Of a DNA stretch of 64,000 bases, positions 15,001 to 29,500 are shown piece after piece. The first letter of the stretch is position 1, and each line of letters begins with the position of its first letter. Origin of the DNA: Eledone cirrhosa (taxonomy: Eukaryota); NCBI GenBank assembly GCA_964016885.1, contig OZ024740.1, positions 20,708,001 to 20,772,000 of the forward strand, read 5' to 3'. The notes beneath the pieces are model-generated. The model worked only from the letters and a program-made list of their open reading frames with translations, was not told the DNA's origin and made no database searches. Position numbers and translations under genes: made by a program.

Positions 15001-18000
15001 GTCCGACCCTCTACCGATACTGCCAATCCACCACACTAGCACGGTGTCCCACCCTCTACCGATACTGGCAATCCACCACCCTAACATGGTGTCAGACACT
15101 CTACCAATAACTGCCAGTTCACCAACGTAGCATGGTGTCCAACCCTCTACCGATACTGCCAATCCACCACCCTAGCATGGTGTCCGACCTTCTACCTATA
15201 CTACCAATCCACCACCCTAGCATGGTGTCAGACCCTATACCGATACTTCCAATCCACCACCCTAACATGGCATCTGACCCTCTACCTATACTGCCAATCC
15301 ACCACCCTAACATGTTGTCAGACCCTCTACCTATTCTGCCAGTCCACCACCCTAACATGGCGTCAGACCGTCTACCTATACTACCAATCCACCACCCTAA
15401 CATGGTGTCAGACCCTCTACCTACACTGCCAGTACACCACCCTAGCATGGTGTCAGACCCTCTAACGATACTGCCAATCCACCACCCTAACATGGTGTCA
15501 GACACTCTACCGATGCTGCCACTCCACCAACCTAACATGGTGTCAGACGCTTTACCTATACTACCAATCTACCAAACTAGCATGGTGTCAGACCATCTAC
15601 CTATACTGCCAATCTACCACCCTAACATGGTGTCAGACCCTCTACCTATACTACCAATCCACCACCCTAACATGGTGTCAGACCCTCTACATATACTACC
15701 AATCCACCACCCTAACAAGTGTCAGACCCTCTACCTAGACTGCCAATCCACCACCCTAGCATGGTGTCAGACCCTCTACTAATACTGCCAGTTCACCACC
15801 CTAACATGGTGTCAGACCCTCTACCAATACTGCCAATCCACCACCCTAGCATGGTGTCAGACCCTCTACCTATACTACCAATCCACCACCCTAGCATGGT
15901 GTCAGACCCTCTACCTATACTGCCAATCCACCACCCTAACATGGTGTAAGACCCTCTATCAATACTGCCAATCCACCTCCCTAGCATGGTGTCAGACCCT
16001 CTACCGATACTACCAATCCACCACCCTAGCATGGTGTGCGACCCTCTACCGATACTGCCAATAGACCACCCTAACATGGTGTCTGACGCTCTACCTATAC
16101 TGCCAATCCACTACCTTAACATGGCGTCAGACCCTCTACCAATACTGCCAATCCACCGTCCTAACATGGTGTCAGACCCTCTACCAATACTACCAATCCA
16201 CCACCCAAACATGGTGTCAGACACTCTACCTATACTGCCAATCCACCACCCTAACATGGTGTCAGACCCTCTACCGATACTGCCAATCCACCACCCTAGC
16301 ATGGCGTCAGACCCTCTAACGATACTGCCAATCCACCACCCTAACATGGTGTCAGACCCTCTACTGATACTGCCAATCCACCACCCTAGCATGGTGTGCG
16401 ACCCTCTACCGATACTGCCAATCCACCACCCTAACATGGTGTCACACCCTCTACAAATACTGCCAGTCCACCACCCTAGCATGGTGTCCAACCCTCTACC
16501 GATACTGCCAATCCACCATCCTAGCATGGTGTCCGACCCTCTACCTATACTACCAATCCACCACCCTTACATGGTGTAAGACCCTCTATCAATACTGCCA
16601 ATCCACCACCCTAACATTGCGTCTGACCCTCTACCTATACTGCCAATCCACCACCCTAACATGGCGTCAGACACTCTACCTTTACTACCAATCCACCACC
16701 CTAACATGGTGTCCGACCCTCTACCTACACTGCCAGTTCACCACCCTAGCATGGTGTCAGACCCTCTACCTACACTGCCAGTTCACCACCCTAGCATGAT
16801 GTCAGACCCTCTACCGATACTGCCAATCCACCACCCTAACATGGTGTCAGACCTTCTACCAATACTGCCAATCCACCATACTCGAATGGTGTCAGACCCT
16901 CTACCTATACTACCAATCCACCACCCTAACATGGTGTCAGACCCTCTACCTATACTACCAATCCACCACCCTAACATGATGTCAGACCCTCTACCTGTAC
17001 CGCCAATCCACCACCCTAACATGGTGTCAGACCCTCTACCAATACTGCCAATCCACCACCGTAACATGGTGTCAGACCCTCTACCAATACTGCCAGTCCA
17101 ACACCATAGCATGGTGTCCGACCCTCTACCGATACTGCCAATCCACCACCCTAGCATGGCGTCAGACCCTCTAACGATACTGCCAATCCACAACCCTAGC
17201 ATGGTGTCCGACCCTCTACCGATACTGCCAATCCACCACCCTAGCATGGTGTCCGACCCTCTACCAATACTGCCAATCCACCGTCCTAACATGGTGTCAG
17301 ACCCTCTACCAATACTACCAATCCACCACCCTAACATGGTGTCAGACACTCTACCTATACTGCCAATCCACCAACCTAACATGGTGTCAGACCCTCTACC
17401 GATACTGCCAATCCACCACCTAGCATGGCGTCAGACGTTCTACCGATACTGCCAATCCACCACCCTAGCATTGCGTCAGACCCTCTACCGATACTGCCAA
17501 TCCACCACCCTAGCATTGCGTCAGACTCTCTACCAATACTGCCAATCCACCACCCTAGCATTGCGTCAGACTCTCTACCAATACTGCCAATCCACCACCC
17601 GAGCATTGCGTCAGACTCTCTACCAATACTGCCAATCCACCAGCCTAGCATGGCGTCAGACACTCTACCTATACTGCCAGTTCACCACCCCAGCATGGTG
17701 TCAGACCCTCTACCTACACTGCCAATCCACCACCCTAACATGGTGTCAGACCCTCTACCTATACTACCAATCCACCACCCTAACATGGTGTCAGACCCTC
17801 TAGCTATTCTGCCAATCCACCACCCTAACATGGCGTCAGACCCTCTACCTATACTGCCAATCCACCACCCTAGCATGGTGTCCGACACTCTACCGATACT
17901 GCCAATCCACCACCCTAGCATGGTGTACCACCCTCTACCGATACTGGCAATCCACCACCCTAACATGGTGTCAGACACTCTACCAATACCTGCCAGTTCA

Positions 18001-21000
18001 CCACCCTGGCATGGTGTCCAACCCTCTACCAATACTACCAATCCACCACCCTAGCATGGTGTCCGACCCTCTACCTATACTACAAATCCACCACCCTAGC
18101 ATGGTGTCTGACCCTATACCGCTACTGCCAATCCACCACCCTAACATGGCGTCTGACCCTCTACCTATACTGCCAATCCACCACCCTGACATGGTGTCAG
18201 AGCCTCTAGCTATTCTGCCAGTCCACCACCCTAACATGGCGTCAGACCCTCTACCTATACTACCAATCCACCACCCTAAAATGGTGTCCGACCCTCTAAC
18301 TACACTGCCAGTTCACCACCCTAGCATGGCGTCAGACCCTCTACCTTTACTACCAATCCACCACCCTAACATGGTGTCCGACCCTCTACCTACACTGCCA
18401 GTTCACCACTCTAGCATGGTGTCAAACCCTCTACCTACACTGCCAGTTCACCACCCTAGCATGGTGTCAGACCCTCTACCGATACTGGCAATGCACCACC
18501 CTAACATGGTGTCAGACACTCTACCGATACTGCCAATCCACCACCCTAACATGGTGTCAGACCCTCTACCGATACTGGCAATCCACCACCCTAACATGGC
18601 GTCTGACCCTCTACCTATACTGGCAATCCACCACCCTAGCATGGTGTCAGACTCTACCGATACTGCCAATTCACCACCCTAGCATGGTGTCAGACCCTCT
18701 ACCGATACTACCAATCCACCACCCTAGCATGGTGTCAGACCCTCTACCTATACTGCCAATCCACCACCCTAACATGGTGTCAAACCCTCTACCAATACTG
18801 CCAATCCACCAGCCTTACATGGTGTCAGACCCTCTATCAATACTGCCAATCCACCTACCTAGCATGGCGTCAGACCCTCAACCAATACTGCCAATCCAAC
18901 ACCCTAGCATGGCGTCAGTCCCTCTACCAATACTGCCAATCCACCACCCTAGCATGGTGCAGACCCTCTGCCAATACTACCAATCCACCACCCTAGCATG
19001 GTGTCCGACCTCTACCAATACTGCCAATCCACCACCCTAACATGGTGTCAGACGCTCTACCTATACTGCCAATCCACCACCCTAACATGGTGTCAGACCC
19101 TCTACCGATACTGCCAATCCCCCACCCTAGCATGGCGTCAGACCCTCTAACGATACTGCCAATCCACCACCCTAACATGGTGTCAGACCCTCTACCGATA
19201 CTGCCAATCCACCACCCTAACATGGTGTCAGACACTCTACCGATACTGCCAATCCACCACCCTAGCATGGTGTGCGACCCTCTACCGATGCTGCCAATCC
19301 ACCGCCCTAGCATGGTGTGCGACCCTCTACCTATACTACCAATCCACTACCCTAACATGGCATCAGACCCTCTACCAATACTACCAATCCACCACCCTAA
19401 CATGGTGTCACACACTCTACCTATACTGCCAATCCACCAACCTAACATGGTGTCAGACCCTCTACCGATACTGCTAATCCACCACCCTAGCATGGCGTCA
19501 GACACTCTAACGATACTGCCAATCCACCACTCTAACATGGTGTCAGACCCTCTACCGATACAGCCAATCCACCACCCTAGCATGGCGTCAGACACTCTAC
19601 CAATACTGCCAATCCACCAACTTAGCATAGCGTCAGACCCTCTACCAATACTGCCAATCCACCACTCTAGCATGGCGTCAGACCCTCTACCGATACTGCC
19701 AATCCACCACCCTAGCATGGCGTCAGACCCTCTACCGATACTGCCAATCCACCACCCTAGCATCGTGTCAGACCCTCTACCAATACGGGCAATCCACCAC
19801 CCTAGCATGGTGTCCAGCCCTCTACTTATACTGCCAATCCACCACCATAGCATGGTGTCCGACCCTCTACCGATACTGCCAATCCACCACCCTAGCATCG
19901 TGTCAGACCATCTACCAATACTGGCAATCCACCACCCTAGCATGGTGTCCAGCCCTCTACTTATACTGCCAATCCACCACCCTAGCATGGTGTCAGACCC
20001 TCTACCGATACTGGCAATCCACCACCCTAGCATGGTGTCCAGCCCTCTACTTATATTGCCAATCCACCACCCTAGCATGGTGTCCGACCCTCTACCGATA
20101 CTGCCAATCCAACACCCTAATATGGTGTCACACCCTCTACCAATACTGCCAGTCCACCACCCTAGCATGGTGTCCGACCCTCTACCGATACTGCCAATAC
20201 ACCACCCTAGCATGTGTCAGACCCTCTACCTTTACTGCCAATCCACCGTCCTAACATGGTGTCAGACACTCTACCAATAATGCCAATCCACCAGCCTAAC
20301 ATGGTGTCAGACCCTCTACCAATACTGTCAATCCACCTCCCTAGCATGGCGTCAGACCCTCTACCAATACTGCCAATCCACCATCCTAGCATGGCGTCAG
20401 ACCCTCTACTGATACTGCCAATCCACGACCCATGGTGTCAGACCCTCTACGTATACTGCCAATCCACCACCCTTGCATGGTGTCCAGCCCTCTACCTATA
20501 CTGCCAGTCCACCACCCTAACATGGCGTCAGAGCCTCTAACTATACTGACAATCCACCACCCTAACATGGTGTCAGACCCTGTACCGATACTGCCAATTC
20601 ACCACCCCAGCATGGCGTCAGACTCTCTACCAATACTACCAATCCACAAGGCTAGCATGGCGTCAGACCCTCTACCAATACTGCCAATCCACCACCCTAG
20701 CATGGTGTGCGACCCTCTAACGATACTGCCAATACACCACCCTAACATGGTGTCAGACACTCTACCAATACCTGCCAGTTCACCACCCTAGCATGGTGTC
20801 CAACCCTCTACCAATACCTGCCAGTCCACCACCCTAGCATGGTGTCAGACACTCTACCAATACCTGCCAGTTCACCACCCTAGCATGGTGTCCAACCCTC
20901 TACCAATACCTGCCAGTCCACCACCCTAACATGGTGTCAGACCCTCTACCGACACTGCCAGCCCACCACCCTAACATGGCGTCAGACCCTCTACCTATAC

Positions 21001-24000
21001 TGCCAATCCACCTCCCTAGCATGGTGTCCAGCCCTCTACCAATAATACCAATCCACCACCCTAGCATGGTGTCAGACCCTCTACCAATACTACCAATCCA
21101 CCAACCTAGCATGGTGTCAGACCCTCTACCTATACTGCCAGTCCACCACCCCAGCATGGTGTCAGACCCTCTACCTACACTGCCAGTTCACCACCCTAGC
21201 ATGGTGTCAGACCCTCTACCGATACTGCCAATCGACCACCCTAACATGGTGTCAGACCCTCTACCTATACTGCCAATCCACCACCCTAGCATGGTGTCCG
21301 ACACTCTACCGATACTGCCAATCCACCACCCTAGCATGGTGTACCACCCTCTACCGATACTGGCAATCCACCACCCTAACATGGTGTCAGACACTCTACC
21401 AATACCTGCCAGTTCACCACCCTAGCATGGTGTCCAACCCTCTACCAATACTGCCAATCCACCACCCTAGCATGGTGTCCGACCCTCTACCTATACTACC
21501 AATCCACCACCCTAGCATGGTGTCAGACCCTATACCGCTACTGCCAATCCACCACCCTAACATGGCGTCTGACCCTCTACCTATACTGCCAATCCACCAC
21601 CCTAACATGGTGTCAGACCCTCTAGCTATTCTGCCAGTCCACCACCCTAACATTGCATCAGACCCTCTACCTATACTACCAATCCACCACCCTAACATGG
21701 TGTCCGACCCTCTAACTACACTGCCAGTTCACCACCCTAGCATGGCGTCAGACCCTCTACATTTACTACCACTCCACCACCCTAACATGGTGTCCGACCC
21801 TCTACCTACACTGCCAGTTCACCACCCTAGCATGGTGTCAGACCCTCTACCTACACTGCCAGTTCACGACCCTAGCATGGTGTCAGACCCTCTACCGATA
21901 CTGGCAATCCACCACCCTAACATGGTGTCAGACACTCTACCGATACTACCAATCCACCACCCTAACATGGTGTCAGACCCTCTACCTATACTACCAATCC
22001 ACCACCCCAACATGGTGTCAGACGCTCTACCTATACTACCAATCCACCACCCTAACATGGCGTCTGACTCTCTATCTATACTGGCAATCCACCACCCTAG
22101 CATGGTGTCAGACACTCTACCGATACTGCCAATCCACCACCCTAGCATGGTGTCAGACGCTCTACCTATACTGCCAATCCACTACCCTAACATGGCGTCA
22201 GACCCTCTACCAATACTGCCAATCCACCGTCCTAACATGGTGTCACACACTCTACCTTTACTGCCAATCCACCAACCTAACATGGTGTCAGACCCTCTAC
22301 CGATACTGCTAATCGACCACCCTAGCATGGCGTCAGACACTCTAACGATACTGCCAATCCACCACCCTAACATGGTGTCAGACCCTCTACCGATACTGAC
22401 AATCCACCACCCTAGCATTGCGTCAGACCCTCTACCGATACTGCCAATCCACCACCCTAGCATTGCGTCAGACTCTCTACCAATAATGCCAATCCACCAG
22501 CCTAGCATGGCGTCAGACACTCTACCAATACTGCCAATCCACCAACCTAGCATAGCGTCAGACCCTCTACCAATACTGCCAATCCACCACCCTAGCATGG
22601 CGTCAGACCCTCTACCGATACTGCCAATCCACCACCCTAGCATGGCGTCAGACCCTCTACCGATACTGCCAATCCACCACTCTAGCATCGTGTCAGACCC
22701 TCTACCGATACTGCCAATACACCACCCTAGCATGGTGTCCGACCCTCTACCGTTACTGCCAATACACCACCCTAGCATGGTGTCAGACCCTCTACCGATA
22801 CTGGCAATCCACCCCCCTAGCATGGTGTCCAGCCCTCTACTTATACTGCCAATCCACCACCCTAGCATGGTGTCCGACCCTCTACCGATACTGCCAATCC
22901 AACACCCTAACATGGTGTCACACCCTCTACCAATACTGCCAGTCCACCACCCTAGCATGGTGTCCGACCCTCTACCGATACTGCCAATACACCACCCTAG
23001 CATGGTGTCCGACCCTCTACCAATACTGCCAGTCCACCACCCTAGCATGGTGTCCGACCCTCTACCGATACTGCCAATACACCACCCTAGCATGGTGTCA
23101 GACCCTCTACCGTTACTGCCAATCCACCGTCCTAACATGGTGTCAGACACTCTACCAATAATGCCAATCCACCACTCTAACATGGTATCAGACCCTCTAC
23201 CGTTACTGCCAATCCACCGTCCTAACATGGTGTCAGACACTCTACCGATTCTGCCAATACACCAGCCTAACATGGTGTCAGACCCTCTACCAATACTGCA
23301 AATCCACCATCCTAGCATGGCGTCAGACCCTCTACTGATACTGCCAATCCACCACCCATGGTGTCAGACCCTCTACCTATACTGCCAATCCACCACCCTT
23401 GCATGGTGTCCAGCCCTCTACCTATACTGCCAGTCCACCACCCTAACATGGCGTCAGAGCCTCTACCTATACTATCAATCTACCACCCTAGCATGGTGTC
23501 AGACCCTGTACCGATACTGCCAATTCACCACCCCAGCATGGCGTCAGACTCTCTACCAATACTACCAATCCACCAGGCTAGCATGGCGTCAGACCCTCTA
23601 CCAATACTGCCAATCCACCACACTAGCATGGTGTGCGACCCTCTAACGATACTGCCAATCCACCACCCTAACATGGTGTCAGACACTCTACCAATACCTG
23701 CCAGTTCACCACCCTAGCATGGTGTCCAACCCTCTACCAATACCTGTCAGTCCACCACCCTAGCATGGTGTTCGACTCTCTACCGATACTGCCAATCCAC
23801 CACTCTAGCATGGTGTACGACGCTCTACCAATACTGCCAATCCACCACCATAACATGGCGTCAGACCCTCTACCTATACTGCCAATCCACCTCCCTAGCA
23901 TGGTGTCCAGCCCTCTACCAACACTGCCAGTTCACCACCCTAGCATGGTGTCAGACCCTCTACCGATACTGCCAATCCACCACCCTAACATGGTGTCAGA

Positions 24001-25469
24001 CCCTCTACCTATACTACCAATCCACCACCCTAACATGGTGTCAGACCTTCTACCTATACTGCCAATCCACCACCCTAGCATGGTGTCCGACACTCTACCG
24101 ATACTGCCAATCCACCACCCTAGCATGGTGTACCACCCTCTACCGATACTGGCAATCCACCACCCTAACATGGTGTCAGACACTCTACCAATACCTGCCA
24201 CTTCACAACCCTAGCATGGTGTCCAACCCTCTACCAATACTGCCAATCCACCACCCTAGCATGGTGTCCGACCCTCTACCTATACTACCAATCCACCACC
24301 CTAGCATGGTGTCAGACCCTATACCGCTACTGCCAATCCACCACCCTAACATGGCGTCTGACCCTCTACCTATACTGCCAATCCACCACCCTAACATGGT
24401 GTCAGACCCTCTAGCTATTCTGCCAATCCACCACCCTAACATGGCGTCAGACCCTCTACCTATACTACCAATCCACCACCCTAACATGGTATCCGACCCT
24501 CTAACTACACTGCCAGTTCACCACCCTAGCAAGGCATCAGACCCTCTACCTTTACTACCAATCCACCAACCTAACATGGTGTCCGACCCTCTACCTACAC
24601 TGCCAGTTCACCACCCTAGCATGGTGTCAGACCCTCTACCTACACTGCCAGTTCACCACCCTAGCATGGTGTCAGACCCTCTACCGATACTGGCAATCCA
24701 CCACCCTAACATGGTGTCAGACACTCTACCGATACTGCCAATCCACCACCCTAACATAGTGTCAGACCCTCTACCTATACTACCAATCCACCACCCCAAC
24801 ATGGTGTCAGACGCTCTACCTATACTACCAATCCATCACCCTAACATGGTGTCAGACCCTCTACCTTTACTGCCAATCCACCACCCTAGCATGGTGTCAG
24901 ACCCTCTACCAACACTGCCAGTCCACCACCCGAACATGGTGTCAGAACCTCTACCTATACTACCAATCCACCACCCTAGCATGGTGTCAGACCCTATACC
25001 GAAACTGCCAATCCACCACCCTAACATGGCGTCTGACCCTCTACCTATACTGGCAATCCAACACCCTAGCATGTTGTCAGACACTCTACCGATACTGCCA
25101 ATTCACCACCCTAGCATGGTGTCAGACCCTCTACCTATACTACCAATCCACCACCCTAGCATGGTGTCAGACCCTCTACCTATACTGCCAATACACCACC
25201 CTAGCATGGCGTCAAACCCTCTACCAATACTGCCAATCCACCACCCTAGCATGGCGTCAGACCCTCTACCAATACTGCCAATCCACCACCCTAGCATGGC
25301 GCAGACCCTCTGCCAATACTACCAATCCACCACCCTAGCATGGTGTGCAACCCTCTACCGATACTGCCAATCCACCACCCTAACATGGTTTTCAGACCCT
25401 TTACCAATACTGCCAGTCCACCACCCTAGCATGGTGTCCGACCCTCTACCGATACTGCCAATCCACCAC

Positions 25470-26548
25470 CCTAGCATGGTGTCCGACCTCTACCAATACT
25501 GCCAATCCACCACCCTAACATGGTGTCAGACGCTCTATCTATACTGCCAAACCACCACCCTAACATGGTGTCAGACCCTCTACCGATACTGCCAATCCCA
25601 CACCCTAGCATGGCGTCAGACCCTCTAACGATACTGCCAATCCACCACCCTAACATGGTGTCAGACCCTCTACCGATACTGCCAATCCACCACCCTAACA
25701 TGGTGTCAGACACTCTACCGATACTGCCAATCCACCACCCTAGCATGGTGTGCGACCCTCTACTGATACTGCCAATCCACCACCCTAACATGGTGTCAGA
25801 CCCTCTACAAATACTGCCAGTCCACCACCCAAGCATGGTGTCCGACCCTCTACCGATGCTGCCAATCCACCACCCTAGCATGGTGTGCGACCCTCTACCT
25901 ATACTACCAATCCACTACCCTAACATGGCGTCAGACCCTCTACCAATACTGCCAATCCACCGTCCTAACATGGTGTCAGACCCTCTACCAATACTACCAA
26001 TCCACCACCCTAGCATGGTGTCCGACCTCTACCAATACTACCAATCCACCACCCTAACATGGTGTCAGACGCTCTATCTATACTGCCAAACCACCACCCT
26101 AACATGGTGTCAGACCCTCTACCGATACTGCCAATCCCACACCCTAGCATGGCGTCAGACCCTCTAACGATACTGCCAATCCACCACCCTAACATGGTGT
26201 CAGACCCTCTACCGATACTGCCAATCCACCACCCTAACATGGTGTCAGACACTCTACCGATACTGCCAATCCACCACCCTAGCATGGTGTGCGACCCTCT
26301 ACTGATACTGCCAATCCACCACCCTAACATGGTGTCAGACCCTCTACAAATACTGCCAGTCCACCACCCTAGTATGGTGTCCGACCCTCTACCGATGCTG
26401 CCAATCCACCACCCTAGCATGGTGTGCGACCCTCTACCTATACTACCAATCCACTACCCTAACATGGCGTCAGACCCTCTACCAATACTGCCAATCCACC
26501 GTCCTAACATGGTGTCAGACCCTCTACCAATACTACCAATCCACCACC
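25470..26548. repeat. 539-bp (12-monomer) tandem duplication within the satellite
   Basis: The 1-bp-deleted monomer GTCCGACCTCTACC and the following variants repeat at 25471 and 26010. ORF pairs 25471/26010 and 25520/26059. Confidence 0.9.
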
Positions 26549-29500
26549 CTAACATGGTGTCACACTCTACCTATACTGCCAATCCACCAACCTAACATGG
26601 TGTCAGACCCTCTACCGATACTGCTAATCCACCACCCTAGCATGGCGTCAGACACTCTAACGATACTGCCAATCCACCACCCTAACATGGTGTCAGACCC
26701 TCTACCGATACTGACAATCCACCACCCTAGCATTGCGTCAGACCCTCTACCGATACTGCCAATCCACCAGCCTAGCATGGCGTCAGACACTCTACCAATA
26801 CTGCCATTCCACCAACCTAGCATAGCGTCAGACCCTCTACCGATACTGCCAATCCACCACCCTAGCATGGTGTCCGACCCTCTACCGATACTGCCAATAC
26901 ACCACCCTAGCATGGTGTCAGACCCTCTACCGATACTGGCAATCCACCACCCTAGCATGGTGTCCAGCCCTCTACTTATACTGCCAATCCACCACCCTAG
27001 CATGGTGTCCGACCCTCTACCGATACTGCCAATCCACCGTCCTAACATGGTGTCAGACACTCTACCGATTCTGCCAATCCACCGTCCTAACATGGTGTCA
27101 GACACTCTAACGATTCTGCCAATACACCAGCCTAACATGGTGTCAGACCCTCTACCAATACTGTCAATCCACCTCCCTAGCATGGCGTCAGACCCTCTAC
27201 CAATACTGCCAATCCACCATCCTAGCATGGCGTCAGACCCTCTACTGATACTGCCAATCCACCACCCATGGTGTCCAGCCCTCTACCTATACTGCCAGTC
27301 CACCACCCTAACATGGCGTCAGAGCCTCTACCAAAACTATCAATCCACCACCATAACATGGTGTCAGACCCTGTACCGATACTGCCAATCCACCACCCTA
27401 GCATGGCGTCAGAACCTCTACCTATACTGACAATCCACCACCCTAGCATGGTGTCAGACCCTGTACCGATACTGCCAATTCACCACCCCAGCATGGCGTC
27501 AGACTCTCTACCAATACTACCAATCCACCAGGCTAGCATGGCGTCAGACCCTCTACCAATACTGCCAATCCACCACCCTAGCATGGTGTGCGACCCTCTA
27601 ACGATACTGCCAATCCACCACCCTAACATGGTGTCAGACACTCTACCAATACCTGCCAGTTCACCACCCTAGCATGGTGTCCAACCCTCTACCAATACTT
27701 GTCAGTCCAGCACCCTAGCATGGTGTTCGACTCTCTACCGATACTGCCAATCCACCACTCTAGCATGGTGTACGACCCTCTACCAATACTGCCAATCCAC
27801 CACCATAACATGGGGTCAGGCGCTCTACCTATACTGCAAATCCACCACCCTAACATGGTGTCAGATCCTCTACCTACACTGCCAGCACACCACCCTAACA
27901 TGGCGTCAGACCCTCTATCTATACTGCCAATCCACCTCCCTAGCATGGTGTCCAGCCCTCTACCTACACTGCCAGTTCACCACCCTAACATGGTGTCAGA
28001 CCCTCTACCTATACTGCCAATCCACCACCCTAGCATGGTGTCCGACACTCTACCGATACTGCCACTTCACAACCCTAGCATGGTGTCCAACCCTCTACCA
28101 ATACTGCCAATCCACCACCCTAGCATGGTGTCCGACCCTCTACCTATACTACCAATCCACCACCCTAGCATGGTGTCAGACCCTATACCGCTACTGCCAA
28201 TCCACCACCCTAACATGGCGTCTGACCCTCTACCTATACTGCCAATCCACCACCCTAACATGGTGTCAGACCCTCTAGCTATTCTGCCAGTCCACCACCC
28301 TAACATGGCGTCAGACCCTCTACCTATACTACCAATCCACCACCCTAACATGGTATCCGACCCTCTAACTACACTGCCAGTTCACCACCCTAGCAAGGCA
28401 TCAGACCCTCTACCTTTACTACCAATCCACCACCCTAACATGGTGTCCGACCCTCTACCTACACTGCCAGTTCACCACCCTAGCATGGTGTCAGACCCTC
28501 TACCTACACTGCCAGTTCACCATCCTAGCATGGTGTCAGACCCTCTACCGATACTGGCAATCCACCACCCTAACATGGCGTCAGACACTCTACCGATACT
28601 GCCAATCCACCACCCTAACATAGTGTCAGACCCTCTACCTATACTACCAATCCACCACCCCAACATGGTGTCAGACGCTCTACCTATACTACCAATCCAT
28701 CACCCTAACATGGTGTCAGACCCTCTACCTTTACTGCCAATCCACCACCCTAGCATGGTGTCAGACCCTCTACCAACACTGCCAGTCCACCACCCTAACA
28801 TGGCGTCTGACCCTCTACCTATACTGGCAATCCAACACCCTAGCATGGTGTCAGACACTCTACCGATACTGCCAATCCACCACCCTAGCATGCTGTCAGA
28901 CCCTCTACCTATACTACCAATCCACCACCCTAGCATGGTGTCAGACCCTCTACCTATACTGCCAATCCACCACCCTAACATGGTGTCAAACCCTCTACCA
29001 ATACTGCCAATCCACCACCCTTACATGGTGTCAGACCCTCAACCAATACTGCCAATACACCACCCTAGCATGGCGTCAAACCCTCTACCAATACTGCCAA
29101 TCCACCACCCTAGCATGGCGTCAGACCCTCTACCAATACTGCCAATCCACCACCCTAGCATGTCGCAGACCCTCTGCCAATACTACCAATCCACCACCCT
29201 AGCATGGTGTGCGACCCTCTACCGATACTGCCAATCCACCACCCTAACATGGTTTTCAGACCCTTTACCAATACTGCCAGTCCACCACCCTAGCATGGTG
29301 TCCGACCCTCTACCGATACTGCCAATCCACCACCCTAGCATGGTGTCCGACCTCTACCAATACTGCCAATCCACCACACTAACATGGTGTCAGACGCTCT
29401 ATCTATACTGCCAAACCACCACCCTAACATGGTGTCAGACCCTCTACCGATACTACCAATCCCACACCCTAGCATGGCGTCAGACCCTCTAACGATACTG

